The translations under genes were made by a program, and so were the position numbers. Under the pieces are notes generated by a model. It did no database searches. It saw only the letters and a program-made list of their open reading frames with translations, and was not told the DNA's origin. This document shows, piece after piece, positions 45,569 through 47,838 of a stretch of DNA of 47,838 bases (position 1 is its first letter; the number at the start of each line of letters is the position of its first letter). Origin of the DNA: Limisphaerales bacterium. GTDB taxonomy: Bacteria > Verrucomicrobiota > Verrucomicrobiia > Limisphaerales > SIBE01. The stretch spans positions 1-47,838 of the forward strand of contig JBGAIN010000045.1 in NCBI GenBank assembly GCA_044225505.1, given 5' to 3'.

Positions 45569-47838
45569 TTACTCCCTAGGATAGGGCGGCACGTATGGTT
45601 TTGAGATCTGATGCACTTTGTCGGGCGAGAAGTCCGCCCCGGCACCGTGGCAGATCTCGCAGCTTTCCTGCGCATCAGGTCCATAGGGATCGTTCGGGTT
45701 CGGCATAAACGTCATGATCCGACCGTGCGCCTGAGCGGCATCGCTGTCGTGGCACGCGAGACATGCCATTCGGGACGGCTTTTGCTTCCAGGTATCACTT
45801 TCCGCATGGCACTTCGTGCAGTTTCGGAGGTCTTGTGGGAAGATAATATGGCCAAACGTGTCTTTCGTCGCGTTGGCATAGATCTCTTCGGGATAATCCA
45901 GGTAAGCCCCCTTGTGCACGCCGTGGACGCGATTCACGATAGGCATCGCACCAAAGCCACTCCATCCCGCGAGGGAAGTGCCGCCCTGGTTCTTGAACTT
46001 GTCACCGATGGTCGTGTGTCCGTAATCATGGCACGCCGCGCAGTAATCCACATCAAACGGTTCGGCGTGGATTGGGCCAGAAGCGAAATGGAAGATGGTG
46101 TCGCTATGACAATCTTCGCAGTTCATGGCAATTCGCTTCTCGATATTAGTGCTTCCAACCTGGAAGGTCATATGACCAAACCCCGTCAGGTTGGTCATTC
46201 CGGCGACCTTGCCAGTCTTCGGGAGTTGATAGACGTAGACGTTATAAGTTCCTGAGGCGAGACCTTGCATGTCGTCTAGTTGATAAGCGATGTTCGCAGC
46301 GGTGCGCGTCACCATGGGATCGCTGTAATCCAGTGGATCGGACAGACCGCGGAGATCGTTGCTCGGAGTGGTCGCGGCGGCGATCGTGACATCAGGCTCC
46401 ATGACCGTGTTTGGAGCTCGTTTCCAGCCCATGGCCGTCGTCACGTCCCCATTGTAGATTTCGAACTTGGCATTGGCGCCTTGAATTATGGTGCGGATGT
46501 TAACGTTGGCGCCGGACACGGTGGCTTTGGCGCCGCCGTTGAGGTTGGTGATGACGGAGTTCAGCGAGGCCGCGACTTCCGCTGCCGTCACGGCTCCCGG
46601 GGTTCCCACAATCGTGATTTCTTGAGGGGCGCTACCGTTGACTGAGATCTTGAAGATCTTGCCGTTGATATCCCAAGGCCCTGCCTTGCTGCTTGTCACG
46701 GAAGCACGAAGCTTAGAATTGACGTTCTTTGCGGCACTGGTCAGCACTGGCACGGCGCGCGCGCGCGGACCGTATACGAACAGGCTCGCTGTCGAGAAGT
46801 TGGCATCGGTCACTTGGGTGTGGTCGATCGGATTGCCTTTGTCGTCTTTCATAACGACCGTTACGACGGGCTTGTCGCCGGCGGCGTAGAACTTGCCATT
46901 GGTGGGCGGCGTCATGCTCAGTTCAACGGCATCGATGGCGGGAGGTTTGATCGTATGATTTTCAACGATCGATTGCTCATCATGGCAGAGCGAGCATTTC
47001 TTGTCGTCAGCCTGGGCTAGTCCACCGTGCAACTCGTAACCTTCCGGGGCTGGTTTAGGGCCAAACCACGTGTTGTCGTGGCAGGAACCACAAGCTAGGC
47101 GCGAAGGCGCGGCCAGGTAACGGTCATCCGTATGACACTGCTTACAGTCTTTAATGTCGGCTGGAAACTCTACGTGCGTATAGTTTCTGAACAGTCCGTT
47201 CGTGCTGTTGGTGTTGGCGGCGAGTTTTAGCTCGGCACCCATATGCAAACCGTGCGCGCGGAAGACGATCGGATCGGGAATGCGCGTACCAGTCGCATCG
47301 GTATATGCGGCGTAGCCATTATTGTTGTGACAAGCTTTGCAGGACTGATCCGGTTGGTAGTCTAATGCCCAGCTGCCAGTCGGAGAACGGCCTGGGTCAA
47401 TATGATGCATGTAAATCTTGCCGCTCACCGGACCTTCGTGACACTTGGCGCAACTTTCCTTTGTGAACAGCGGCGTTTCAACATCCTTCGTGCCGATCTG
47501 CACGTTAGCGAATTTCATCATCTGCTGAATCGGATCTGCGGCCAGCGTTACCGAAAGGCTGATGGTGTAGGTTCCGGGCAGTTCGTCCGTCACCGGCTTG
47601 AGGGTATAAGTGAGGACGTTACCGGTCACTTGAACATCCGGATTCGTCTTTAGGTCGATGAAGTGATGCGGGGTTTTGGTCCGATCGGTCGTGGCGTTCA
47701 GGAGCTTCGCGGCGGTTACCGTGAGTTGAGGATCCTGGGGCCCGTACATATACAGACTCAGGCTTCCAAAGTCGGTCCGCTTGAGACCTTGCCCCATCGT
47801 GTCCAGGATCGTCACGGTCACCACGGGAGACTCTCCCG
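45569..47838 (-). CDS. OmcA/MtrC-type decaheme c-type cytochrome (5' end outside the window)
   Basis: Ten CxxCH motifs in two groups of five (CAKCH, CKACH, CKQCH, CGSCH, CSLCH / CEDCH, CAACH, CTKCH, CLACH, CEICH) separated by beta-rich domains; HGLH/HGVH, FP.D...C..CH and PSR.AC..CH blocks; the frame is open to the window edge. Confidence 0.9.
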   Translation of the reverse strand, partial: GESPVVTVTILDTMGQGLKRTDFGSLSLYMYGPQDPQLTVTAAKLLNATTDRTKTPHHFIDLKTNPDVQVTGNVLTYTLKPVTDELPGTYTISLSVTLAADPIQQMMKFANVQIGTKDVETPLFTKESCAKCHEGPVSGKIYMHHIDPGRSPTGSWALDYQPDQSCKACHNNNGYAAYTDATGTRIPDPIVFRAHGLHMGAELKLAANTNSTNGLFRNYTHVEFPADIKDCKQCHTDDRYLAAPSRLACGSCHDNTWFGPKPAPEGYELHGGLAQADDKKCSLCHDEQSIVENHTIKPPAIDAVELSMTPPTNGKFYAAGDKPVVTVVMKDDKGNPIDHTQVTDANFSTASLFVYGPRARAVPVLTSAAKNVNSKLRASVTSSKAGPWDINGKIFKISVNGSAPQEITIVGTPGAVTAAEVAASLNSVITNLNGGAKATVSGANVNIRTIIQGANAKFEIYNGDVTTAMGWKRAPNTVMEPDVTIAAATTPSNDLRGLSDPLDYSDPMVTRTAANIAYQLDDMQGLASGTYNVYVYQLPKTGKVAGMTNLTGFGHMTFQVGSTNIEKRIAMNCEDCHSDTIFHFASGPIHAEPFDVDYCAACHDYGHTTIGDKFKNQGGTSLAGWSGFGAMPIVNRVHGVHKGAYLDYPEEIYANATKDTFGHIIFPQDLRNCTKCHAESDTWKQKPSRMACLACHDSDAAQAHGRIMTFMPNPNDPYGPDAQESCEICHGAGADFSPDKVHQISKPYVPPYPRE

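Overview
A ~48 kb, roughly 60% GC chromosomal window, most likely from a Verrucomicrobiota (Pedosphaera/Limisphaerales-like) genome. This assignment is inferred from the prepilin-type proteins, T5SS/PEP-CTERM-associated repeats and a shared C-terminal 'FFRL' domain. The highlight is a + strand copper/redox island (~2.8-18 kb). It contains a CxxC/polyproline DUF2946 (CutF/CruR)-like leader ORF, two SCO proteins (one fused to a CusF-like domain), a beta-propeller/di-heme CcP-MauG-like enzyme, and a secreted protein with three tandem MopE/CorA-like (W-T-H, putative kynurenine-copper) domains. These are followed by a pilin-like protein, a Tat-exported DJ-1/PfpI protein, a trypsin-like protease, a Tat-exported Mn-SOD, a second CxxC/polyproline leader ORF, RegB/RegA, and a cytochrome c fusion preceded by a RegA-type box. 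The rest of the window holds a serine hydrolase, a beta-helix surface protein, an ArsR/CobW-like (broken)/MIP unit, a TerB-like protein, an atypical phoR-pstC/A fusion-pstB-phoU operon with Pho boxes, a sigma28-preceded chemoreceptor, GH43, a degenerate REC-PAS-kinase, a repeat-rich secreted protein, a TIM-barrel epimerase/Gfo-Idh-MocA/xth unit, GH97, an EF-hand protein and a truncated OmcA/MtrC-type decaheme cytochrome. No rRNA, tRNA, CRISPR array or transposase was seen. All family calls come from reading motifs by eye; no database searches were run.
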